The notes: generated from the sequence alone by a model not told the origin. A DNA stretch of 63,262 nt, filler included, from Chiloscyllium plagiosum (GCF_004010195.1; 4 parts of one record of this genome joined end to end with filler, not necessarily neighbours in it); one strand, 5' to 3'. Positions 51,567-63,170 are shown, counted from the whole stretch's first letter. A program made the numbers and translations.

Positions 51567-51592
51567 TGGGGGCTCTTGTCTGTGATTTGAAC
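51567..51592 (+). promoter_or_regulatory. Primer-binding site complementary to tRNA-Pro 3' end
   Basis: TGGGGGCTCTTGTCTGTGATTTGAAC vs tRNA-Pro complement TGGGGGCTCGTCCGGGATTTGAAC, 3 nt after the LTR end. Confidence 0.75.
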
Positions 51593-53575
51593 TGGTTTAG
51601 ACAGATCCAGTCTGAGATTTGGACAGATTTGAATAGATTTGGAGTACGAAAAAAGCCCAGTAGATTTAAACACTTGCTGGTTAGTGTCCTAATCTTTAAA
51701 TAAAACACAAGTGAGACAATTTAATTTTGGTTACTTGTGTTTGGTTAAAAGTGAGAGAAATGGCTCTTAAAATTGCTAAACACATTCTGGGATTTGAAGA
51801 TGATTCCAAAATTTGCCAAGGAAGTTTAGAAAGAGAAGACCATACTCTTAGAATTAGCAAAGAGGTTAGAATTGGGTTTAACCAAGGACGACAATAAAGC
51901 TGAAATTGTAAGGGAATGACTCAAAACACTTAGAGGTGTCAGAGAAATAGATAAGTGCAGTAGAATTAGAAAAACGTTATTTACAATTAAGGAAAATTGA
52001 GTTAGAAGATAAAGAGAGCCAAAGAGAAAGAGAGTGAGAGATGAAAAAGAGAGAAGGTTCTTAGCTGAGCAAAGAGAGAGAGAAGATTCTTAGCTGAGCA
52101 AAAAGAATTTGAACTGGAGAAGCTGCGACTTAGCAAAGTCAAGTTTACAGAATGAAGATTAAAAGTGAACATAGTGTAAGATACAAATATGTCAAAACTC
52201 TGCCACATTTTGATGAGAAAGACTTTGAAGTTGCCTTTATTTCATTTGAAAAATCGGCTCGGTAGATGGGGTGGTCCCGAGGATTTATGGGGTAATGCTA
52301 GTTCAGACTAAACTGGTAGGCAGAGCTAGTGAGGTATTTGCTGCGCTCTCAGATCAGGTGTCAAGAGATTATGAAGAGGTAAAACAGGCTATTTTAAGTG
52401 CTTATGAATTGGTACCAGGAGCGTATGGACAGCGGTTCAGAAACATAAAGAAGGAACCAGGCAGACTTATGTTGAGTTTGAAAGAACTAAACATAGTCAT
52501 TTCAATAGATGGGTGCGAGCCTTAAAGATAGATGAGTCCTATGAGGCTCTGAGAGAGATTATTCTGTTAGAGGAGTTTAAAAACTCACTTCCATAAATGG
52601 TAAGAATTCACATGGATGAACAAAAAGTTCAGGAAGTGAGAAGGACAGCAGAATTAGCAGATGAATACATGTTGGTGCATATGACAAGCTTACAGCCAGA
52701 ATTTTGACCTGTGGGGGATAGAAGTTTGGGTAAAGGGAGATCCTACACTATGAAACAAAGGGTACAGAACACTGGTAAGAGTTTACCACAAGTTAAAGAG
52801 GCCCAACAGGGTGGAAAGGAGGTGAAAGGCCTCAGGCGTTTTCACTGTAATGGAGTGGGACATAGAAAATTACAGTGCTGCTGGTTAAAGAAGGGCACTG
52901 GGAAAAGGTGTTTTCACTGCAAGAAAGTGGGACATGTAAAGTCACAGTACTGGTCATCAAAGAAAGGCACTGTGGGAAAAGATGTGATAAAAGAAGCTAA
53001 GCCAGTGGCATTAGCAAAAGGAGTAAAGGAAACCCTGAGAAGCGTCGTGGCACTGCTGCAGAGTACATGGCTTAGTCAAGGGCGGGTATGGAGTTAATGC
53101 CTGATCTCTAAAAAGGATTCGCCTCCGTGGGTAAAGTTCACTCTGAAAGAACAGGAGGCGAAGGACAAGAAGTTATAATTTTGAGAAACAGAGGATCTAA
53201 CCAATCTCTAACAGAAAGAGATGAGGTAATTTGCATTCTTTCTGATATGTTACCCGAGAGTTTGGTCATTTGTGGGGTAGATGGTCAGAAATTTAGCATT
53301 CCTCTATGTAACATCAGGTTGGAGTGCCAACTCAAGACTGGGGAAGTAACAGTGAAAGTGATTGACAGATTGTCAATTCCAAGAATCCAGTTTATTCTTG
53401 CGAATGACCTAGCAGGGTCCAAGGTCGGAGTGACACTCCTTGTTGTGGAGAAGCCCAAGGAAAATCATAAAACTGAGGACTTACAAGAAAAATATCCTGT
53501 TATTTTCCAGACTGTGTAGTAACACAAGCTGTAAATAGTTGTGGTTTTAATGTTCTCTGTTGGACTTAAAGACGT

Positions 53576-53885
53576 GGGCGGCACGGTGGCACAGTGGTTA
53601 GCACTGCTGCCTCACAGCGCCAGAGACCCGGGTTCAATACCCGCCTCAGGCGACTATCTGTGTGGAGTTTGCACGTTCTCCCCGTGTCTGCGTGGGTTTC
53701 CTCCGGGTGCTCTGGTTTCCTCCCACAGTCCAAAGATGTGCAGGTCAGGTGAATTGGCCATGCTAAATTGCCCGTAGTGTTAGGTAAGGGGTAAATGTAG
53801 GGGTATGGGTGGGTTGTGCTTCGGCGGGGCGGTGTGGACTTGTTGGGCCGAAGGGCCTGTTTCCACACTGTAAGTAATCTAATCT
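53576..53885 (+). mobile_element. V-SINE (HE1-like), full length, inserted in the Gypsy 3'LTR
   Basis: A box TGGCACAGTGG, B box GGTTCAATACC, V-domain, CR1-like 3' end and (AATCT)n tail; LTR sequence resumes on both sides. Confidence 0.92.
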
Positions 53886-54434
53886 AATAAATGGTTAATT
53901 TTTACTTTGAATAGTGAAATCTGGAATAGCTCTTTGCCTCTCAAAATTTAACAGATTATAGCACCAGGTTAGCTTCTCTGTGTGTCAGATTTAAATTAGC
54001 AGAGAGGTTTACCCCGTGTTGTAACACTTCTCACTTAACCTGTCTATATCCATCTGTAGACTGTGTCATCTTCATCATGTGCTTTCACATCTATTTTTGT
54101 GTTTTCTGTAAACTTGGTTACAACACATTTATTTTCCTCAATCAAGTCATTAATATACATTGTAAAGAATTTTGGCCCCAGCATTGATCCCCGTGGCATA
54201 TCACTAGTTACACATCATTACTTGTTGCCATTCTGAAAATTCTTCCCTTACTCCCAACTCTTTGTCTTCTGTTAGTTAGCCAGTCCTCTATCCATGCTAA
54301 TATACTATAGTAAACATTGTTTTAACTGGCACTTTATGAACTGGTATTCACGATAAACTGGCAAAATTATATACCTGAAATACCGGAAGTTTACTGTCTT
54401 TCTGCGATGTCCAAGTCGTCAGTTGAGGTTGCGA

Positions 54435-54696
54435 ACCAGAACTCTATCAACAAACACACTGACTTGGATCCCATTTATCACCCCCTGAGAAAAAGAACAG
54501 AAAATGACATCACCAACCCAAGGAAACCTAAATACATGAATAAAAAGTGGGCCATACCATCAGTGCTTCATCCTGAGGCTCACTGATGATGTTACCTCGT
54601 ATGGCGATGAAACGTCTGAAAATGAACCTTCCAGCTCAGCGAGCAAACCGACATCCAGAACCTCAACCTGAGCTACAAATCTTCTCAAAACTTGCT
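54435..54696 (+). mobile_element. Penelope-like (Poseidon-like) 3' end with hammerhead core
   Basis: NQNSINKHTDLDPIYHPLRKR then pseudo-LTR matching 29600-29850. Confidence 0.8.
54580..54619 (+). ncRNA. Minimal hammerhead ribozyme
   Basis: TCA-CTGATGA-T-GTTACC-TCGTAT-GGCGAT-GAAA-C-GTC-TGA: stem I TCA/TGA, imperfect stem II, GUC cleavage triplet. Confidence 0.75.
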
Positions 54697-55094
54697 AATG
54701 TCACCAACTTGCTTCATAATTAAATAGTATCAAGTATGTGTCTGTAATATCATTTTTAAAGTAATTTTGAGAATTGCGGCCTGGTTTTCTTTATCTTATC
54801 ACCATTTTGAAACTGACCCATTGATGATACTATAACTAGACTGACCCTCCTTCACTTCTTTGATTAGTATAAAGCTGTACTTAGGTAGTCAATCTGACAA
54901 TCACCCCATATATATTAAACTGTGACATATAAGTAAACTGGAATACATTGTTTAGCCTCCAAAATCATGATTTTTGCGTGCATTCAGCATTTATGTAAAC
55001 TCACTTCCAACCCCCAAAAAAATCTTTTAGGTTCAATATTCTACACTTTGGTCATCAGCCTCAATTTTTCACCATAAAAGAGCATGTTTTTGTG

Positions 55095-56170
55095 GCAATC
55101 TAGGAACAGGAGTAGGAATAGATCACTTGCATCCTCAAAGCTACTCTGCCATCTAAATGGATGATGGCAAATCCACCGCAGTGTCATTATCCCCAGATCT
55201 CTTGATGTCTTTAATATATTGAAATACATTATTTCTGTGGGCAGGGGTGAGAAGAATTCCAAAGATTTGTTACTCTGACTGAAAAAAAACCTCCTCATCT
55301 CAGTCTTAAATAGCCTACCCTTCCTCGAGAATCCTTATCCAGGGAATCTAACCTACATCTTTCCTACATCTAACCTTTTGAGCCATATAAGAATTTTGTA
55401 TGTTTCAATGAGATCACCTCTCATGCTTATAAATTCTAGAGAATGCTGGCTCTCTAATCTCTCCTTTCAAATGAATCCCACCATTTGAAATCAGTCTGAT
55501 CAACCTTTGTTGCATTCTATAGCAAAAATATTCTTGTTCAAGTAACAACCGTAATAAAGAGTGTACTGTACTCACTTCGCCAGGTGCTGTGTCACCTAAG
55601 ACTCTAAACAATTGCAGCATAACATTTTTACTCATGTGCTCAAGTCCTCTTGTAATAAAGATCAACAGATAATTTGTATTCCTAATATATTGTTACACCT
55701 GCAAATGACTCTTAGTGACTTATGAATGACAACGCCCAAATGTCTTTGTACATCGATACTTACCAATCTCACACTATTTCAAATAGTCTGCATTACTGTT
55801 TATTGTTTCAAAGTGAATAGTTTTGCATCTCCCATTTCTATCTCCCATGTTCTTGCCCATCCAATTAATCTCTAAACTCCACTGAAGCCTCTTTGTATCC
55901 TCTGTACTACTCACATTTTCATCTAGTTTTGCATCATTAGCAAACTTGGAATATGACAATTGATCCCCACATCCAAAGCATTGCTATACATTATGAATAG
56001 CTGAGGTCAAAGAAATGATCCTTTAATTACCCACTAGTCACAATGCACCAACCTGAGAGTGATCTATACTTTACTAATCTTTGGTTCTCTGCCTACTAAG
56101 CAATTTTAAATCCTTGCCAGCATATTAGCCCCAATCCCATTTCCTCTAATTTTGGTCACTAAGCTCTCGA
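55095..56170 (-). mobile_element. Old CR1 RT/3' fragment
   Basis: SKFANDAKL...DTKRLQ, RGLE..SK.VMLQL on minus. Confidence 0.7.
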
Positions 56171-56489
56171 GAGAGACATTTAAACATATGAATTAGAAGT
56201 AAAGGTAAGGCCACAGCCCCTTTAGCACGGTCTGCTGTTTATAATGTGATCACTAATCTGATTACAGTCCCATCTACCCCTAATAATCTTTCCCTCTTTT
56301 GCTTTTCAAGAATCTATCCAACTCTGCCTTAAAATCATTCAAGGGCTCTATTTCTACTACCTTTTGAGGAACAAAGTTCTGAAGTCTTATGACTGTCAAA
56401 AAAAACTCTCCCCAACTCTGTCTTAAATGGGTGATCCCAGATTTTGAAACAGTGACCTTTATTCTAAATTCTCCTACAAGAGAAAATAA

Positions 56490-57230
56490 AAGAATACAAT
56501 ATGATTTAAGTGGAGAACAACTGCAGAAAGCTGCAACACAAAGGGATTGGGGTACTTGTGCATGAAACACAGAAAGTTAGCACACAGGTAATCAGGAAGG
56601 CTAATAGAATGTTGACCCTTATTTCAATAGGGTTGGAGTATATGAGTAGGGAAGTCTTTCTGAAACAGTACAAGATGCTGGTAAGACCACATCTGGAGTA
56701 CTGTAAACAAAATTGGTTTCCTTATTTTGAGGAAAGATATCATCTCATTGGACACATTTCAGAGAAGGTTTATGAGGATGATAGCTGATATGGAGGGAAT
56801 GTCTTATGAGCAAAGGCTAAACAGTTCGGGACTCCATTCACGAGTTTAGCAGAGTGAGAGATGATCCCATTGAAATGTGTAGGATTCTTAAGAGGCTTGA
56901 TAGGGTAAATGCAGAGAGGATGGGAGGGTCTAGGACCAAAGGGCACAGCCTTAGAATAAAGGCTCGTCAGTGAGTTTTGAGAGGATTTGTAGCTCAGGTT
57001 GAGGTTCTGGATGTAGGTTTGCTCGCTGAGCTGAAAGGTTCATTTTCAGATGTTTCATCGCCATAATAGGTAACATCATCAGTGAGCCTCCAGGCGAGGC
57101 ACTGCTGATGATTGCTGCTTTCTATTTATATGTTTGCATTTTTTTGGGTTGGTGATGTCAGTTTAAGACTGAGATGAAGAGGCATTTCTTTTCTCAGAGG
57201 GTTGTAATTCTTAGGAACTCTTTGCCACAG
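56490..57230 (+). mobile_element. CR1 3' fragment with nested PLE pseudo-LTR (-, about 56970-57160)
   Basis: LVRPHLEYC; insert is the reverse complement of 54506-54695, flanked by GTCAGT. Confidence 0.8.
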
Positions 57231-57444
57231 TTCTATTTTCATACAATCATAATTGCCCTTAGTTCAGTTTAAAATACTACACATGAAGTCAATCTTCACT
57301 TTCTCAAACTAAAAGTAAAATTCTATCATACTATGTTTATTGTTCAATCATACTCTTTGCCACAGTTCTGTTTTCATGCTAGACTTGAAGTCAATCTTCA
57401 CTTTCTCAAACTAAAAGAAAAATTCAATCATACTATGTTTGTTG
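57217..57444. repeat. Imperfect tandem duplication at a junction of CR1 fragments
   Basis: 57217-57343 repeated at 57352-57444 with an internal deletion. Confidence 0.8.
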
Positions 57445-58740
57445 CACACAGTACTAGGTCATTCATTTATCCTATCTCTTTGTGCGATATCAGATCTAGT
57501 ACAGCCTAACATCTGGTTGGCTCCTGAGTACACTATCCTAAGAAACTATCTGACAAATACAGTCTGTAAGCTCATCTAGGTTGCTTTTGCCCATCCAATA
57601 TTTCCAGTCTATTTGCAGATTAAAATACGCATAATTATTGCTGTACCTTTGTGATAAATTCTCATTATTTTTCCTTTATACCCCACCCTACATTGAGTTA
57701 CTATTAGGGGCCTGTATATCATTCCCACCAATCTCATCTATTCGACCCAAACTAAACTAGTTTCACTTGCCTGCATTTGGTCTATATCCCTTTAAACCTT
57801 TCCTAATCATGTACCCGTCCAAATGTCTTTTAAATATTGTGACTGTACCTACATTTACTACTTCCTCTGACAATTTGTTCTGCATACAAACCACCCTCTG
57901 TCAAAAAGTTGCCCCTCAGCTCCCTTTTAAATCTTTCTCCTCTCACTTTAAAAATATGTTCCCTAGTTTTTAACTCCCCAATGGATCAAAGGGTCTGGTT
58001 TCATGTTGTTTGACACAATGACTTGAATTTATCATTTTACAACTCTACTCAAATTGCTACTGCATCTTAGTATTCTGAACTCAGGACATCCCTCTCTGTT
58101 GTGTTAATACTATCATTGATTAACACAGCTACACTACCACCTCTTTTTCTTGCTTTCTAACCTTCCTAAATGTTATATAATCTTTTATGTTAAGGTCCGA
58201 ATCACTTCAGTCCGCTGTCATCTTTCTGTAATGGCTATTGCATTTTACTTACTTATATTTATGTGTACGTGTGCTCAGTTTTTTGTTTGCTATGTGCATT
58301 CAGATACAGAGCATTTAGTGATTATTTTTCTCGTCTCTTGAACAATCTGTGGACTTATTCATGGATTTGTACTCTATTCCTTCCTGTTTATTATTTTCCA
58401 CATTAGCATGATTCTCTCTTGCCAAGTCTCTACGATTTACTGTGTCCTCTCAAATTTGATCCTTTACCCCCATTACTTAATTTAAAACCCTTTCTTCTTT
58501 CTAGTTATTTGGTTTGTGATAGAACTGGATCTTGCTGAATACTTTCTGAAAATCCAAATGCACCAAAGCCACTAGTTCCCCTTTATCTATTCTGCTAGTT
58601 CCATTCATAAAAAACTTCCAACAAGGCTGGATAGGTTGGGACTTTTCTCACTGGAGTGTAGAAGGTTCAGAGGCGACCTTATAGAAGTTTAAAAAGTAAT
58701 GATGGGTATAGACACAGTTAATAGTAGTTGTATTTTCTGT

Positions 58741-59158
58741 AGAACAAAGAAAATTACAGCACAGGAACAGGCCCTTCAGCCCTCCAAGTCTATGCCGATC
58801 CAGATCCTCTATCTCAGCCTGTCACCTATTTTTGAAGGGTTTGCAGCCCTTTGATCCCTGCCTATTTATTTATCTGTCTAGATACATCTTAAATGACCCT
58901 ATCATGCCCACCTCTGCTGGCAATGCATTCCAGGCACCCCCACCCTTTGCATAAAGAACTCTCCTAAACTTTTCCCCCTCGCTTTGAACTCGTGATCCCG
59001 AGTAATTGAGTCCCACATTCTGGGAAAAAGCTTCTGGCTATCCACCCTGTCTATACCTCTCATGATTTTGTAGACCTCAATCAAGTCCCCCATCAACTTG
59101 CTTCTTTCCAATGAAAATAATCCTAATCTACTCAACCTCTCTTTGTATCTAGCACCCT
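58741..59158 (-). mobile_element. CR1 3' fragment
   Basis: RLGLFSLERSKLMGDLIEVYKIMRGIDRV and 3'UTR. Confidence 0.8.
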
Positions 59159-59266
59159 CTGTGAGAGACGATTTCGGTACAAATAGTTAAGATGTGCATG
59201 ACCTCAGAGTCTAAGGGGAATAGAGCCGTGGGGGTAGGGTAAAACATGCTTCTCTATAATAAAGGA

Positions 59267-59366
59267 NNNNNNNNNNNNNNNNNNNNNNNNNNNNNNNNNN
59301 NNNNNNNNNNTTAATTAATTAANNNNNNNNNNNNNNNNNNNNNNNNNNNNNNNNNNNNNNNNNNNN
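59267..59366. other. Artificial scaffold join
   Basis: 44N-TTAATTAATTAA-44N. Confidence 0.95.
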
Positions 59367-59625
59367 TAACACATCCCGAGCATGTAAGAGACTTAAATAT
59401 ACACTCTGGTTAGTTGTAGGTTAGATTAGTAGATAGTTGAGTTTTGTTTGTTTTTTTTTCCTTTTTTTTCTTTTCGTTTTTTTTGTTGTTTTGGTTTTTT
59501 TGTTAAATTTTGGCTATTGTATATTTGAGCTAATTGTATATCAATGTTTATATCTGAGAGTTTTGTTTATTTTTGTAAACTTGTAAAAATGTTAAATTTC
59601 TAATAAAAATATCTAGAAAAAAAAG
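59367..59625 (+). mobile_element. Probable L1-type 3'UTR end
   Basis: T-rich tract, AATAAA at about 59602, short A tail, followed by CR1 endonuclease sequence. Confidence 0.4.
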
Positions 59626-59629
59626 AATA

Positions 59630-60287
59630 GAAGGATAGAGAGAATGTTACATCTGCACTCAGAGGAGATATTGGAGGGGTGATCCACTGAGGCAATATGG
59701 GTAGAGTTCAAAAATAAGATTAGTGCAATCACCCTGATAGGATTATGCCATAGGATCCCATCAGCCACTGAGACAATGAGAAACAAACATGTAGGCAGAT
59801 TATGGAAAAATGCAATATAAACAGAGTTGTCTTGGTGGATGACTTTAACTTTCCCAATATTGACTGACACTTCATTGGAGCAAGGGGCTTAGGTGGGGCA
59901 GAATTTGTTAATGCTTCCAAGAGGGTTTCTTGAAACAGTATGTGGATAGTCCAACTAGAGGAAGGGCCACACTAGACCTTATATTAACTAATGAAACTGG
60001 CCAGGTGAATGACCTATCTGTAGGAGAACATTTTCGAAATATAGATCACAGCTCCTTATGTTTTAAGATAGCTATGAATAAGGATGTCAGGACCTTGTGG
60101 CAAGGTACTAAGTTGGGGGAGGGCAAATTATGTCAGTAATAGGCAGGAGCTAGGGAGTGTTAATTGGGAGGAGCTGTTATTAGGAAAGTCAACATTTGAC
60201 ATGTGAAAACTGTTTAAAGACCTGCTGATGAGACTTCAGGACTGGCACGTTCCAGAAAGGAGGCAGGACAAGGTAACAGACCCTTGG
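59630..60287 (+). mobile_element. CR1 endonuclease fragment (host of ERV)
   Basis: VLVDDFNFPNID, LKQYVDSPTRGRATLDLIL. Confidence 0.8.
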
Positions 60288-60729
60288 TGTCGAAATGATC
60301 AGCTGGATAGTACATTTAACTCAGCTTCCTTTATTACTTGCATTAAAGCAGAGTCAACCAGCAGGTCCACAGAATCCTAGCCTGGTGAGTCTGCCTTTCG
60401 ACAGTTACAATCACACTTTTATGCACGAATTGACGCTCTTCTTATTGACCAATCACATTTCAATTTCAAGCCTTAACAACATTTATTCCCCTAATACATC
60501 ACCTGCCTTAAGCTCTTGCAACACCAGTTGAGTATGATTTAGAACTTATGGTTTTCTCGTGTGGTTAGCTAGCTTGTATACGTGCCTGGCTGCACATTTT
60601 TTCTGTCCCAATTTTGATTCCTTCCACACTCTCCTATTTTGGGCTTTCAGTACAAGCTTCGAGTTCGGTCTGATCCAGTCTTTGGAATTTTCTACCCTTA
60701 TCCTCCGGTACTATCACCTGTTGGACCAT

Positions 60730-61480
60730 CGGCTGGCCATAGTTTGTTTCACAACTGGTGCAAAGGGTCCTGATACATTCTATCAGAATCAAGACCATAA
60801 CAATCAGGAACAGTATCCCGATACACCACTGAGCAATTGAGCTTCCTCAGTGCCCCAGGGTAGCTTGAGGTTAACCTATTGGGCCCCTGAAACCAGAGGG
60901 CTGCCTTACCTACTGGCCAACTTTCCAAATTAGCTCTGCCTGGATCTGAATATGAATGGCGAGGTCAGGTACGTTCTCAGAATTGTCTGAATTGTAGGTA
61001 CAACAGTCCTTATTTATTATAGCCATGCACCCTCTTCCTAGCAAAGATAAAGTCAAGGGCCATTCAATTTTGCAGCACCATAGTCTTAATTTTAACTATC
61101 TCGGTGTTTATCTCCTGTATAGCCTTTCTTGCCTTCTGGAGGGCTTGTGCCGTTCCATTAGCATTAGAGCAGTGGCCGCTGCCATGGCTTTTCAGGACAA
61201 CTAGTATATACCATAGTCTGGGTACATAAGGGACATGAACTGGTCCGACCCTGTCAGAGCCTTTTTCCACTGGTGTCATTGGAAGTCTGTGAACATTTTT
61301 TTATGGCTTTATGGTCCTTCAGGTGTGGTATGGAGTACACCTATGGAATCACCTAACCCAAGTAGCAACATCCCTAACATGGCTTAGGGTCTGACCATAC
61401 TCTGAAACAAGAGACGGGCTGATCCAGCAGCCAAGAAAATGCCCTGTCTCTACATACCCAGTAAGTCCCATTCACTGCCA
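60730..61480 (-). pseudogene. env: Retroviral env (SU C-terminus + TM), disrupted
   Basis: NGTYWVC..AFSWL, GCCYLG, heptad ANGTAQALQKARKAIQEINTEI, ISD VLQN*MALDFIFA, AIINKDCCTYNSDNS, TM helix WCIGILFLIVMVLILIECI. Confidence 0.85.
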
Positions 61481-61959
61481 AAAGGGGATCAGCTTAGAAT
61501 AATGGTTATTACTCAATACCTAAGAACCATGTCTTTCCAACAGTATTGCAATAGCAGGAGGGGGCTCCCTTTCAGAAGGTCATCTAGAACACTGTGGGTC
61601 TCTGATTTATATTGAAATGGGGCTGATACCAACACTGGAAGCAATCGTAGGTGTGGTCACCCTTCGAGGTGCACCGCCCAACCTCCATTGTCTCTATGTG
61701 GCATTATCAAAGTAGAAAACGGTTTGTATTTCACTCTCACTTCACGGGATGGGTAACATATCAAAATCCCCAGCATGCTGTGGAATCTGTGAACAGACCC
61801 ATCAGCTATTTCCCTTATGGGCTTCTGCAGTGGAATAGGACAGATGTAGCAGGTGTTCCATGGGGGTTCTTACAGGTTTGTAAAGCCAATCTGTTGCTGG
61901 TGTTCTAACTGGCGCTGGCAGTATTGCAAGGTTCTCAAGTTTTCATTCAAGTTTTTAGT

Positions 61960-62503
61960 TTACAAAAATTGTAATGGGGGGGGGCTGCTGAGGCAGCCTG
62001 ATTTTGGGACCCTCTAACTGCCATCCCTAGACCCAGCCTTCTACGGGCCCAGTGGTAAAACGCTGCATTGTCATGACTTTGAGTCTCCTTGTCACTACCA
62101 TTCTGACCTGCAGACTTTATTAGAGATCATGATTTTTGTCACTGTCTTTATTTGCCTCTACCCTGTGACCCTTAATGGCTTTCTTTCTGCCCTCTGAGTT
62201 CTTTACTCTGTCATATCGACTGACTCCTCCTTTCTCTTATTAGATTGCATCAGCCAAGAACGATAAGCTGACCACCCGATTTTCCTTCTTTTTCTTTCTT
62301 TGTTTTGTCCCTAAAATTTCTGCCAATTATTTTATGCGATCACAATTTAACGTGGCAATAGGTGGGAATGGTTTCTCAAATTTCTACATCCATTTCATGC
62401 ATTTGTCGACAAATGTTATGGAATCAGGCCTGTAATGGACAGACATGTATGCCAAAGGTGTTCCCTTCTGAGCATGCACCTCATGAGAGACGTTTTTCCC
62501 CAT
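61960..62503 (-). pseudogene. gag: Retroviral gag N-terminus (matrix-like) with PPxY late-domain motif, disrupted
   Basis: MGKNVSHEVHAQKGTPLAYM...KW...PFPP (Met-Gly start, basic patch RKKKK) and SAAPPHY at about 61971-61991; located downstream of the PBS. Confidence 0.6.
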
Positions 62504-62534
62504 TCTGTTGACAACTGACTTACAAATACATTAA

Positions 62535-62553
62535 CACACACACACACACACAC
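62535..62553. repeat. (CA)n microsatellite in ERV leader
   Basis: Directly visible. Confidence 0.9.
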
Positions 62554-63170
62554 CATCACAATCATACAATTGTTCAAACTGGACATCCTTTATTTCATAC
62601 TTTACAATTTACCAACTTGCACAATATCATACAAGGAATTTACCATGTTGCCCAATTTCGTGCAAGGAACTGTAAACCCTTTTCTCTTCATCCCAGATTA
62701 TTGTCAGTTGGGGTCGCTGACTTTTCCATGAATACCTTAGGTTTCTGTCAACTGGGGTCCCTAATTTCTGTATTTTCTCTCTTGACTATTTTAGCACTCC
62801 AGACGTACATTTATCACCCATACACGCACACAATGCTGTACTATTGTCACTCCTGATTGGCTTACTTCATACTCAGATATTGGTCACAAGCCCTGTTTCT
62901 CACTGGTAAGCAAGCCAAAGGGATAAAGTCCATACCTTTTATTTGCTGCAGCTAATTCTTTTACCGTTGAGGTGCAGTATCCAGACCCATGCCTCAAGCC
63001 AAAGGTTTAGCCATCTCAGTAGGAACTCCACGAATTGGCAAAATGATCAGCCGGAAGATACTACACTTAACACAGTTTCATTTATTTCTTGCATGCAGGG
63101 AGAGTCAACCAGCAGGGTCACAAAACCCTAGCCTGGTGCACCTGCCTTTTGGCGGTTACAATCACACATT

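Larger units (their letters stand above)
50856..54026 (+). mobile_element. Gypsy (Gmr1-like, SCAN-type capsid) LTR retrotransposon, internally deleted
   Basis: TGTTA...TAACA termini; 4-bp TSD CTTC (50852-50855, 54027-54030); 5'LTR 50856-51563; PBS; gag DYEEVKQAILSAYELVPGAYGQRFR; two CCHC-like knuckles; dead protease ILRNRGS; partial 3'LTR 53527-54026. Confidence 0.9.
60288..63168 (-). mobile_element. Endogenous retrovirus remnant with gamma-type env, pol deleted
   Basis: 3'LTR 60288-60628 (TGTGGAA...TTCGACA, CCAAT, AATAAA); PPT 60629-60640; env; gag; PBS-Gln 63013-63030; partial 5'LTR 63036-63168 matching 60288-60416. Confidence 0.85.

Noticed and set aside
53576..53650. tRNA-like sequence with A and B boxes
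   Set aside because: It is the head of a V-SINE, not a tRNA gene.
54305..54385. Possible Tigger/pogo-like DNA transposon end (repeated AACTGG motifs after TA)
   Set aside because: No matching second TIR or transposase found.
59160..59266. Possible LTR start (TGTGAGAG...)
   Set aside because: Only about 100 bp before an artificial join; nothing to corroborate it.
60730..61480. Domesticated syncytin-like env gene
   Set aside because: Multiple stops and frameshifts, including within the immunosuppressive domain.
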